A DNA stretch of 29,892 bases, taken from the NCBI GenBank assembly GCA_017435185.1, contig JAFSFN010000012.1, positions 1 through 29,892 on the forward strand. The letters are read 5' to 3'. Both the position numbers and the translations under genes were made by a program. Shown one piece after another: positions 9,073-17,257 of the stretch; within the stretch, counting starts at the first letter, position 1; every line of letters begins with the position of its first letter. A model generated the notes under the pieces. It was given only the letters and a program-made list of their open reading frames with translations, did no database searches and had not been told where the DNA came from. This DNA comes from Clostridia bacterium. Lineage in GTDB: Bacteria; Bacillota; Clostridia; Christensenellales; CAG-138.

Positions 9073-10449
9073 TTAAACTAACTCCTTTTTCATTATTCTG
9101 AGCGCAACTTCGGGATAATGCTCACTGAGCAAGCCCATGGCTGCGAGAATATACTTTTCATCGACCAGCACCTTTGCCTCTTTGGGTCTTAGTGATGCAG
9201 GGTCGTTTGCTTTTGCCTGCGCAAAAGCAGCAATCTCCTTGGCGCAGTCGGAATGAATGAGTGCTCCACCCGTTGCCACAAGGTTGTGTACTGCACTCAG
9301 GTCCTTACCCTCCTGAGCAAACGCAAGTCCCATCGGTGTATAGACCTGCTCCACCGTACCCGCATGACGCTTTACTGCCATTTCGATAGCAAGCGATGCA
9401 AGCGCTCGGTCAAGATTCTTAAATTCCTCAGTTGTCGGCACCTCGTCAGTATGCTCGGACAAATAGTCTATCATCTCGATGCAGCGTTCCTCACTACACT
9501 GAGCAAGCTGACTTACCGCCTTTATTGTAGCGGCATCGGCAATTCCGTGTATGCTGTAGCGCATACCTATATCACCCTCAACAGTGCGCTTGACCCTCGG
9601 TTCCGGCAAGCCTTTAAGCACCGTTGATGAATTCTGCGGGAAGCCCTCAGCAACAGAATAAACATCGGTTGTTGCACCGCCAAGGTCAACTGCCACAAGT
9701 TCACCGATACCCTGCTCATTTTCAGTACCGTCAGCAAGCAAGACCATTGCCTGCTGAACCGCTGACGGAGTAGGCATTATTATTCCTGAAATAAGTTCCG
9801 ATGCTTCGCTCAGGCCTTTTGCCTTGACGATACGCTTCAGAAAGATTTCTCTTATCGCATTCTGCGCCGGCTCTATGCACAATTCCGAGAATCGAGGCAT
9901 TACATTCTTTTCCACATGCACTTCTCGGCCGTTTTGAGAAAGTATGCTTGCACATTCCTTTGCCGCCGCTCTGTTTCCCGCAACTACAACCGGACAATCC
10001 GTTTTCAGCGTAGAAATCATTTTTGCATTTTTAAGTATGCACTCGGTATTTCCGCCGTCTGTTCCGCCTGTGAGCAGTATTATATCGGGACGGCTTGCGT
10101 CTATCTCAACGATATCGTCTTCGGTAAGTTCGTAAGAATATACTCCCACGACCTTTGCCCCTGCGCCCAATGACGCAAGGCGTGACGCCTCTGCGGTGAG
10201 GTTTTTCACAAAGCCGCTCGTTACCATTCTGAGGCCGCCTGCCGCACTTGAGCAGGCATAACGCTCTGCAAACTCTATACTCCCCGTCTTTTCAAATAAC
10301 AGTTTCAAAGCATTGTTAAGACCGTCGTTTATATCGGTTTCGATAGTCGTATAGCTGCTTGCAGTGCCGAGTATTTCTTCTGACTCCGTATCAACAGCAG
10401 TCACTTTTGTGTATGTACTGCCGAAGTCGATAAGAAGAATGGCGTTCAT
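9073..10449 (-). CDS. glmL: glutamate mutase accessory/reactivating ATPase-fold protein GlmL (MutL)
   Basis: [48 protein letters not shown]; lies between the S and E subunit genes. Confidence 0.95.
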   Translation of the reverse strand: MNAILLIDFGSTYTKVTAVDTESEEILGTASSYTTIETDINDGLNNALKLLFEKTGSIEFAERYACSSAAGGLRMVTSGFVKNLTAEASRLASLGAGAKVVGVYSYELTEDDIVEIDASRPDIILLTGGTDGGNTECILKNAKMISTLKTDCPVVVAGNRAAAKECASILSQNGREVHVEKNVMPRFSELCIEPAQNAIREIFLKRIVKAKGLSEASELISGIIMPTPSAVQQAMVLLADGTENEQGIGELVAVDLGGATTDVYSVAEGFPQNSSTVLKGLPEPRVKRTVEGDIGMRYSIHGIADAATIKAVSQLAQCSEERCIEMIDYLSEHTDEVPTTEEFKNLDRALASLAIEMAVKRHAGTVEQVYTPMGLAFAQEGKDLSAVHNLVATGGALIHSDCAKEIAAFAQAKANDPASLRPKEAKVLVDEKYILAAMGLLSEHYPEVALRIMKKELV

Positions 10450-10455
10450 TTATTA

Positions 10456-10869
10456 TCAGTCCACCTTTAAGTCTTCTTTGAGTGCGGCAATGGTCTCCTC
10501 GGGAGGTGTTCCGGGGCCGAATACACGGTCAAAGCCCATTGCTTCAAAACGCTTCTTAACCTCTTCAAAGGGCTGTTTACCAACGACGATATTACCGCCT
10601 ACATAAAGCAATATACCCTTGAGACCTGCTTCTTCACACTTGTCTCTCAATCCGCGGCAGTCAAGCTCGCCGTGACCGTAGAGCGAAGAAACGATTATCG
10701 CATCGGCATTTGTTTCAAGTGCCGCTTCGATATATTCTTCCTGTGACACCATGACGCCGAGGTTTGTTACATCAAAACCTGCGTCAGTGAAGGCATGATA
10801 TAAAATCTTGATGCCTACTGCGTGAACATCGGCGCCTATAACGCCTATTACCAGTTTCTTCTTTTCCAT
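10456..10869 (-). CDS. glmS: glutamate mutase S/sigma subunit (cobalamin-binding; also called MutS/MamA, not glucosamine synthase)
   Basis: 137 aa; DVHAVG (DxHxxG B12 motif), [17 protein letters not shown]. Confidence 0.97.
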   Translation of the reverse strand: MEKKKLVIGVIGADVHAVGIKILYHAFTDAGFDVTNLGVMVSQEEYIEAALETNADAIIVSSLYGHGELDCRGLRDKCEEAGLKGILLYVGGNIVVGKQPFEEVKKRFEAMGFDRVFGPGTPPEETIAALKEDLKVD

Positions 10870-10889
10870 TTCTCCACCTGTTTTTATAT

Positions 10890-11453
10890 TTATTTCTGCG
10901 ATTCAAGATATGCCTTGCGACCTACCTCGTACAGATTTGTTCCCATAGTGTCAATTACTGCCACAACCGGAAGATTTTCGACCGTAAGTTTTCTTATAGC
11001 TTCAGCACCGAGATCTTCATAAGCAATAACTTCCGCCGTCTTTATACAGCTTGACAAAAGCGCACCCGCGCCGCCTATTGCTGCAAAGTAGACTGCTTTA
11101 TTTTTCTTTATGGACGAGATGACCTCTTCATTGCGCTTGCCTTTGCCTATCATTCCGCGAAGTCCCATATCCATAAGAGTGGGAGCATATGCGTCCATAC
11201 GATAACTCGTTGTCGGTCCTGCAGATCCTATCGCCATACCGGGCTTGGGGGGTGTGGGACCTACATAATAAATTATTGCGTCTTTAACATCAAACGGGAG
11301 TTCCTTGCCCTGAGATACAAGCTCACAAAGGCGTTTATGCGCCGCATCTCTTGCCGTGTATATTGTACCGCTTATATAAACGGTATCGCCGGCTTTTATG
11401 TTTTCGGCATCTGCCGTAGTAAACGGCGTGTTTATATATACTGCCATTTTCAA
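10890..11453 (-). CDS. class I Fe-S fumarate hydratase/mesaconase, beta subunit (TTG 11453 or ATG 11447 start)
   Basis: [47 protein letters not shown]. Confidence 0.93.
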   Translation of the reverse strand: MKMAVYINTPFTTADAENIKAGDTVYISGTIYTARDAAHKRLCELVSQGKELPFDVKDAIIYYVGPTPPKPGMAIGSAGPTTSYRMDAYAPTLMDMGLRGMIGKGKRNEEVISSIKKNKAVYFAAIGGAGALLSSCIKTAEVIAYEDLGAEAIRKLTVENLPVVAVIDTMGTNLYEVGRKAYLESQK

Positions 11454-12289
11454 AGCACCTCCGTTTTATGACGAGCCACATGGCAATTTATATTAACAGC
11501 ACACGGCAATCCTGCAATATGTGTAGGCATTGTTTCAACATTAACCGCCAAAGCCGTTGTACGTCCTCCAAAACCCTGGGGGCCTATTCCCAATGCGTTT
11601 ATGCTGTTAAGCAGTTCTTTTTCAAGTTCTGCATAATAGGGCTTTTCACTGTGCTCACCCAAGGGGCGCAAAAGTGCTTTCTTTGCCATAAGAGCAGCCT
11701 TGTCAAATGTACCTCCGATGCCTACACCGACCACGATGGGCGGACAGGGATTGGGACCTGCTTCTTCAACTGCATTAATTATGAATCGTTTAACGCCCTC
11801 GATTCCATCAGACGGTTTAAGCATGGCTATACGGCTCATGTTCTCACTGCCGAAGCCCTTGGGTGCAACCGTTATTGTAAGTTTGTCGCCTTTGACTATA
11901 TCGCAGTAGAGCATTGCGGGAGTATTGTCGCCTGTGTTTACTCTGTCTATCGGGTCTTTCACAACACTCTTTCTCAAATATCCGTCCGTATAGCCCCGAC
12001 GCACACCTTCATTGACCGCTTCCGTAAGGTCGCCGTTTATATGCACATCTTGGCCTATCTCAAGGAAAACGCATGCCACGCCTGTATCCTGGCATATGGG
12101 TGCATCATTTTTATCTGCAATCTCATAATTCTGTATTATTTTGTCGAGAACATCACACGCAGTTTCCCATGTCTCGTCAGCTCTGCCCTGCTTCAAGCAA
12201 TTCTTTACATCACTCGGCAAATGACAGTTGGCTTCAATGCAAAGCCTGCTTACCGCCGCTGTGATATCTGCGGCATTTATTTCTCTCAT
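11450..12289 (-). CDS. class I Fe-S fumarate hydratase/mesaconase, alpha subunit
   Basis: PICQDTG, YLRKSVV.DP..RVNTGDNTPA, APKGFGSEN, GPNPCPP, GIGPQGFGG, PTHIAGLP, NCHVARH; AGGAGG RBS. Confidence 0.94.
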   Translation of the reverse strand: MREINAADITAAVSRLCIEANCHLPSDVKNCLKQGRADETWETACDVLDKIIQNYEIADKNDAPICQDTGVACVFLEIGQDVHINGDLTEAVNEGVRRGYTDGYLRKSVVKDPIDRVNTGDNTPAMLYCDIVKGDKLTITVAPKGFGSENMSRIAMLKPSDGIEGVKRFIINAVEEAGPNPCPPIVVGVGIGGTFDKAALMAKKALLRPLGEHSEKPYYAELEKELLNSINALGIGPQGFGGRTTALAVNVETMPTHIAGLPCAVNINCHVARHKTEVL

Positions 12290-12329
12290 TTTGCAAGTTC
12301 CTCCTGCTTTATGAAAAATTCATATCAAA

Positions 12330-13844
12330 TCAATACACCGGATACCCAAGTGCAAGCATTATTGCATACCACAGCATAAATAAAATGCATATTATTGTCA
12401 CGATTATATCAATTATTTTGTTTTTTGTCAGCAATCCGAGCGCAAATGCAAGCGGAAATGCAACACTGAGATATCTCGGAGCACTCAACAGCCATTGTAC
12501 TCCTATAACTATAAAGAAGTAAACAAGGAAATATATTGTATATGAGGGACGCTGTTTTTTTATGGTCGCAAGCATTATCGCAAGCGAGCCAAATATACAG
12601 ACTACATTCGGTATTGAAAGTCCCATCACAAGATTCATTCTGCCTTGTTCAAAATAACTTTGCAGATATGAAACAAGATATGAAGCCGTGTTGAATATCC
12701 AGCCAAAGCTCTGACTCCAGTTGGATTTCTGTATTTCCATGAAATAGAACGGGTCGCCCCACACCGTATAGTTGATAACAAGATATGCGACTATGCCGAC
12801 AGGAACTATCAGCATCGAGAATCCGCGCTGCCAAAACTTTTTCCAAAAGAGTTGTTTGTCGCCCTCACGCCATATGCGGCACTGCTCGGCAACAAATTCT
12901 ATAAATATGGGCACAAGGAGCAAAACTCCGGGTGAACGAGTAAATGAAGCAAAAGCACCCACTATGCAAGCCAAAATAAAATTCTTTTTTCTTACAAACA
13001 ATACGCAAAGCACGCACAGCATCAAGAAAAGGCTTTCAGACATATGCGTACCGAAAAAACAAGCCGCAGGAAGCAGGAAGAGATATTTTGTTACCCTCAG
13101 TGCGTCCTTTTTAGGCATATCGACCAGTGCAAGCTGATACATAAATACGCCGGCAAAGCCTGCACACACATTAGATACTATTATTGCTGAAGCAAAAGTA
13201 TCTCCGACAACGAACGAAACGAGTTTTACAAGCAAAGGATACATCGGGAAAAAGACGATATGCTTATATCTGTCGAGCGTTATATCGTTGGTATACCAAT
13301 TTTCAGCAATGCCTATATAGCTGTTTGAGTCGGTGGAATGCTGCCATGTTTTCCGTAATGTTTCAAACAAACCGCCCGTATATCCGTTCTCATGGAGACA
13401 GACAAAATAGGCAATAACATATATCAGAAAACGAGTAATGACCACCAGCGCAAACACGGTTATATACGGATGGTTGTCAAAAAAGTTTTTGCTTCGTATT
13501 TTTTTGTCATTAACAACGAGGTCATTATAGTCTGTACCTGAGAACATATCGGCAACAGGTCGTACTGCAAATACAGCACACAGACCGAAAAGTGCCGCAC
13601 ACGCAAATGCCGACAATCTCGAAAAAGCATCCGTTGCCGGATTTCCTGTGCAAAGCCAATAAACATAGCAGCCGCATACCGCTATGGCCAAAATTATTGA
13701 TATAGTCATTACGACAACATTCTTGACGCTGCGCTTCTCTTTTTTTGCAATGCTCGGTGCAATGTCTATCTCGTCGATACCGCAGTCATTCTCATCAGGA
13801 ATGAATTCGTCAATGTTTATTTCATTGTCGCGATTTTTGCTCAT
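12330..13844 (-). CDS. GT-C-fold multi-pass membrane glycosyltransferase (PIG-V/mannosyltransferase-2-like) with an acidic N-terminal tail
   Basis: DSNSYIGIAENWY, VFFPMYPLLV, MSESLFL and RSPGVLL resemble the PIG-V-like DS..Y..IA..Y / FFP.YP.L / SESLF pattern; many hydrophobic segments. Confidence 0.7.
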   Translation of the reverse strand: MSKNRDNEINIDEFIPDENDCGIDEIDIAPSIAKKEKRSVKNVVVMTISIILAIAVCGCYVYWLCTGNPATDAFSRLSAFACAALFGLCAVFAVRPVADMFSGTDYNDLVVNDKKIRSKNFFDNHPYITVFALVVITRFLIYVIAYFVCLHENGYTGGLFETLRKTWQHSTDSNSYIGIAENWYTNDITLDRYKHIVFFPMYPLLVKLVSFVVGDTFASAIIVSNVCAGFAGVFMYQLALVDMPKKDALRVTKYLFLLPAACFFGTHMSESLFLMLCVLCVLFVRKKNFILACIVGAFASFTRSPGVLLLVPIFIEFVAEQCRIWREGDKQLFWKKFWQRGFSMLIVPVGIVAYLVINYTVWGDPFYFMEIQKSNWSQSFGWIFNTASYLVSYLQSYFEQGRMNLVMGLSIPNVVCIFGSLAIMLATIKKQRPSYTIYFLVYFFIVIGVQWLLSAPRYLSVAFPLAFALGLLTKNKIIDIIVTIICILFMLWYAIMLALGYPVY

Positions 13845-15088
13845 CCTCTTATCTGCCCCTCTCCGTATATCAAATACTTCATGGAGGTAAGTTCATTCAA
13901 GCCAATCGGGCCTCTTGCATGGAGTTTCTGTGTTGATATGCCTATCTCAGCGCCGAGACCGAACTCGCCGCCGTCCGTAAAGCGAGTGGAAGCATTAACA
14001 TATACAGCTGCTGCATCTACATTGTTCAGGAAGTATTCCGCTGTAGTTTTATTGCCGGTAACTATGCACTCGCTGTGCATAGTGCCGTGGCGATATATAT
14101 ACTCGATAGCCTCATCGATATCTTCAACCACACGAGCAGCGATTATATAGTCGTTATATTCCTTGCCCCAATCATCTTCGCAAGCTTTCTTGGCCTCTTT
14201 GACGAGAGTGCAAACCTTTTCATCGCCCCTGATTTCAACATTGGCGGCAATGAGCTTTTCAGCTATCTTGGGAAGTGCTTCATCCGCAATATCTTTATGT
14301 ATGAGCATACACTCGCAGGCATTGCACACCGAAGGACGCTGTGCTTTTGCGTTGAGAATTATTTCTGCTGCCATGTCTGTATCTGCACACTTATCAACAT
14401 ATGTGTGACAAGTACCTGCGCCTGTTTCTATTACAGGAACGGTAGCATTCTTTACAACGCTTTCAATAAGGCCTTTACCGCCTCTGGGAATGAGCACATC
14501 AACATAGCCGTTGAGGCACATGAGCCCTCTTGCGCTGTCCCTTGTCGTGTCTTCCACCAAACCGATGCAGTCCTCGGGAAGCGATGCCTCTGCCAATGCC
14601 CTGCGCATCGACGCAACTATTGCTTTATTTGAATTTATAGCTTCTTTGCCGCCACGAAGAATGACCGCATTTCCGCTCTTTATACAAAGCGCCGCCGAAT
14701 CGGCCGTAACATTGGGACGAGCCTCAAAAATCACCGCAATAACACCCACCGGAACAGATACTTTTTTGATTTTAAGTCCGTTATCGAGCTGTTTTTCTGA
14801 CAAGACTCTGCCCAAAGGGTCGGGAAGTTTTATAACATCGAGAACGCTTTTTGCAATGCCGTGTATGCGTTTCTCATCGAGTTTTAGCCTGTCAAGCAAA
14901 GCCTCACTCAAGCCGTTTTCACGACCGTATTTTAAGTCAAGCGAATTAGCTTTTACTATTTCATCGCAATCTTCAACAAGCACATTTGCGATGGCTTTAA
15001 GTGCATCGTTCCTCTGCTGTGTCGTTGTCGTTGCAAGTATTCGTTCTGCCGCTTTTGCAGATTCGCCGAGTTCAATAATCGTTTTCAT
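13841..15088 (-). CDS. proA: gamma-glutamyl phosphate reductase
   Basis: PVGVIAVIFEARPNVT, ILRGGKEA, DVLIPRGG, KAQRPSVCNACE, HSECIVT, NASTRFTDGGEFGLGAEIGISTQKLHARGP. Confidence 0.97.
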   Translation of the reverse strand: MKTIIELGESAKAAERILATTTTQQRNDALKAIANVLVEDCDEIVKANSLDLKYGRENGLSEALLDRLKLDEKRIHGIAKSVLDVIKLPDPLGRVLSEKQLDNGLKIKKVSVPVGVIAVIFEARPNVTADSAALCIKSGNAVILRGGKEAINSNKAIVASMRRALAEASLPEDCIGLVEDTTRDSARGLMCLNGYVDVLIPRGGKGLIESVVKNATVPVIETGAGTCHTYVDKCADTDMAAEIILNAKAQRPSVCNACECMLIHKDIADEALPKIAEKLIAANVEIRGDEKVCTLVKEAKKACEDDWGKEYNDYIIAARVVEDIDEAIEYIYRHGTMHSECIVTGNKTTAEYFLNNVDAAAVYVNASTRFTDGGEFGLGAEIGISTQKLHARGPIGLNELTSMKYLIYGEGQIRG

Positions 15089-15100
15089 TTTATTCCCGCC

Positions 15101-15877
15101 TTAAGCCTTAAATATAGTTCCTATATTGCTTCCGTCTATCGCCGCATATATGTTGTTGGGATCATCACCGTTCATTATGATGGTGTCAATACCGGCTTGA
15201 GCCGCAATTTTTGCGGCATGAATTTTTGTGAGCATTCCGCCCGTACCAAGTCCCGACACCGAGCCACCTGCAAGTTCTTCTATTTCAGGGGTAATCTTTT
15301 CTACCACGGGAATGAGCTTTGCGTCTTTGTGCACACTCGGGTCTTTATCAAAAAGCCCGTCCGTATCCGTCAGTATAACAAGCGTGTCCGCTTTTATAAG
15401 AGCGGCAACTATCGCCGACAGGCTGTCATTATCACCATACACTATTTCATCGACAGCTACACTGTCATTTTCATTTATTATGGGAATAGCACCGTATTCA
15501 AAGAGTTTGTTGAATGTATTTATGAGATTTGTGCGGCGTTCGTCATCATCGACATCGCTTTTTGTTATCAAAAGCTGACCCACGATATGACCGAACTCAT
15601 TGAACTCTCTGTCATACATGAACATGAGTTCACACTGACCGACTGCCGCCGCCGCCTGTCTGCCCTAGGTATCTTTCGGTCGGCTTGAAAGGCCCATTTT
15701 TCCCACGCCGATACCGATAGCACCGGATGAAACGAGCGCCACCTCATGGCCTGCGTTCATAAGATCTGCCAAAACCATTACGAGCTGCTTCATGCGGCGT
15801 ATATTGGTTTTGCCTGTTTTATATGCAAGAGTGGAAGTGCCCACTTTTACTACTATGCGTTTCTTAGAAGTTTCCAT
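15101..15877 (-). CDS. proB: glutamate 5-kinase (short form without PUA domain, 258 aa) with an in-frame TAG at codon 71; recoded gene or nonsense pseudogene
   Basis: Track ORFs 15665-15877 and 15101-15625 are in one frame: VVKVGTSTL...VSSGAI...[22 protein letters not shown]...PIINEND...GDNDSLSA...[10 protein letters not shown]. The TAG is at 15665-15667. Confidence 0.93.
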
Positions 15878-15906
15878 ATTTTTCTGCCTTTATATAACTT
15901 ATGGAT

Positions 15907-15935
15907 ATTATAGCATCACAGATACTTATTTTCAA
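15907..15935 (-). promoter_or_regulatory. near-consensus sigma-A promoter of the proB-led run
   Basis: Minus strand TTGAAA-17 nt-TATAAT with extended -10 TG, ~30 nt upstream of the proB ATG. Confidence 0.8.
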
Positions 15936-15938
15936 CGC

Positions 15939-15958
15939 AAAAAAGCCGCACAAGCGGC
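15939..15958 (-). terminator. intrinsic terminator insulating proB from the upstream lipoprotein gene
   Basis: Minus strand GCCGC-ttgt-GCGGC-TTTTTT, immediately upstream of the -35. Confidence 0.65.
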
Positions 15959-16026
15959 CTGCTCGGTAATATTATTCTTTTGTGTTGAGCGCACGATATA
16001 AAAGCGACGCATATATCAAACACATA

Positions 16027-16049
16027 GAGCCGCTAAATTTTAGCGGCTC
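16027..16049. repeat. perfect palindrome 3' of the lipoprotein gene
   Basis: GAGCCGCTAAA-t-TTTAGCGGCTC. Confidence 0.75.
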
Positions 16050-16070
16050 ATCTTCGTGCGAAAAAGCTCC

Positions 16071-16634
16071 TTATTTGTCTTGGGGGGGCTGCGTTGTGCT
16101 GTTCATAGCGCCGGAGCCTGAAGCAGGGCTTGCACTTGCATTGCCGCCGCTTGTGCCGTTGCCGCCGCCTGTGCTGTTGCCGCCGCCTGTACTGCCGTTC
16201 GTTCCTGTGTTCGCTCCGGGTGTTCCGGTCATTTCGGCGGTTGTCGGGATAACCTTTCCGTCAGCTGTTACATAAAGCTCTTTCGAGTTTTCTGCGCCTG
16301 TTTTGGAAAGAATCACATGATATGTCTGCTTACCTACATAAGTTGCATAACTTATGCCGCTTATGAGCATATCCTCGGCTTCTTTTCTTACAGCATCGAG
16401 TACTGTCTGCGGCACATCACCCTCATTGAGCTTCTTGCCCTCGGTAAAGTCCTCTATCATGCTTTCGCCCTCACTTATTATACCTTCTGTGGTATCGGGT
16501 GAATTTCCCGTGTGAGGTGATGCTGATGCCGACGGTCCATTATTGCGCATATTGTCCATATCACAACCGACAGCAAACAACGGTACTGTCATGAGTACTG
16601 CGAACAGCAGTATGATTGACAAATTCTTTTTCAT
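16071..16634 (-). CDS. lipoprotein with a PepSY-like (BLIP-like) domain and Gly/Ser/Thr/Asn-rich flexible regions
   Basis: Signal peptide II with lipobox AVG|C; VPQTVLDAV...YHVIL...ELYVTADGKV resembles PepSY-like repeats; GGAGG RBS. Confidence 0.7.
   Translation of the reverse strand: MKKNLSIILLFAVLMTVPLFAVGCDMDNMRNNGPSASASPHTGNSPDTTEGIISEGESMIEDFTEGKKLNEGDVPQTVLDAVRKEAEDMLISGISYATYVGKQTYHVILSKTGAENSKELYVTADGKVIPTTAEMTGTPGANTGTNGSTGGGNSTGGGNGTSGGNASASPASGSGAMNSTTQPPQDK
16141..16194. repeat. 3 x 18-bp coding tandem repeat (STGGGN-type units)
   Basis: ttgccgccgcttgtgccg / ttgccgccgcctgtgctg / ttgccgccgcctgtactg. Confidence 0.85.
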
Positions 16635-16768
16635 TTCAATATGCCTCCTTAATCTGTTCTCTGCTATTGTTCCACCGTAAAAAGATATTATTCGTTTTTT
16701 TGAAATTCCAAAGTTTTGTGAATTTTAATTCGTAATTGTGCGAAGAATGTAAATAAGCGTTAATCCTA

Positions 16769-16797
16769 TTGCTAAAGCGGAAAGTTTGCTGTAAAAT
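16769..16797 (+). promoter_or_regulatory. sigma-A promoter for the DUF1292 gene
   Basis: TTGCTA-17 nt-TAAAAT. Confidence 0.6.
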
Positions 16798-16837
16798 CAA
16801 AAGCAACAGGAAATTATTGGAAAGGACTGAATTGAAA

Positions 16838-17188
16838 ATGGAAATGGAAAGAGATTTCGTAACATTCACCGATGATGACGGTAATGAATTCGAGCTTGAT
16901 GTTATCGACTATTTTGATTTTGAAGGCGATGAATATGCAGTATTGATGGACTTGTCAGCTCTCCCCGAAGAGTGCGAGTGCGAAGATGAGGACTGTGAAT
17001 GTATGCCTGAGCAGGATGTTTATATTATGAAAGTCGTCATAAACGGCGAAATGGAAGAATTCGTTCCCGCAGACGAAGACAAGATGGATCAGCTTGCAGC
17101 AATCGTTGAAGAGCGTTTGAGCGAAGGCTGCTGCTGCGACGACGAATGTGATGACGACTGCGATTGCGGCTGCCACGACCACGAATAA
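16838..17188 (+). CDS. DUF1292 (YrzB-like) acidic protein with two Cys-rich acidic insertions (116 aa; TTG 16832 is an alternative start)
   Basis: VTFTDDDGNEFELDVIDYFDFEGDEYAVL and final helix match DUF1292; AAAGGA RBS at 16821-16826. Confidence 0.8.
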   Translation: MEMERDFVTFTDDDGNEFELDVIDYFDFEGDEYAVLMDLSALPEECECEDEDCECMPEQDVYIMKVVINGEMEEFVPADEDKMDQLAAIVEERLSEGCCCDDECDDDCDCGCHDHE

Positions 17189-17200
17189 TCAACACGCCAT

Positions 17201-17240
17201 AAATGAGCCGCTCATAAAAAGCGCGGCTCATTTTTTATTT
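17201..17240 (+). terminator. intrinsic terminator after DUF1292
   Basis: AAATGAGCCGC...GCGGCTCATTT followed by TTTATTTT. Confidence 0.75.
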
Positions 17241-17257
17241 TGTATGGGAGCATTTGC

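Noticed and set aside
12290-12329. Cobalamin riboswitch ahead of the mutase genes
   Set aside because: Intergenic gaps are 40 nt or less and no B12-box is recognisable.
11468-12379. 303-aa plus-strand ORF (and the other 60-200 aa antisense or alternate-frame ORFs in the track)
   Set aside because: They lie opposite or within well-supported genes and lack motifs; expected from codon bias.
15620-15664. PYLIS/SECIS-like stem-loop downstream of the proB TAG
   Set aside because: Only weak pairing is visible by eye, nothing shared with the pth site, and such an element is not required for Pyl insertion.
15626-15667. Frameshift explanation for the split proB
   Set aside because: The two ORFs are in the same frame (39 nt = 13 sense codons between them); only a TAG interrupts.
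15878-16070. Proline T-box leader upstream of proB
   Set aside because: The promoter lies ~30 nt from the ATG, leaving no room, and no T-box consensus is seen.
16769-16831. Longer start for DUF1292 in the ORF track
   Set aside because: The TTG at 16769 is the -35 box of the promoter; the RBS supports 16832/16838.
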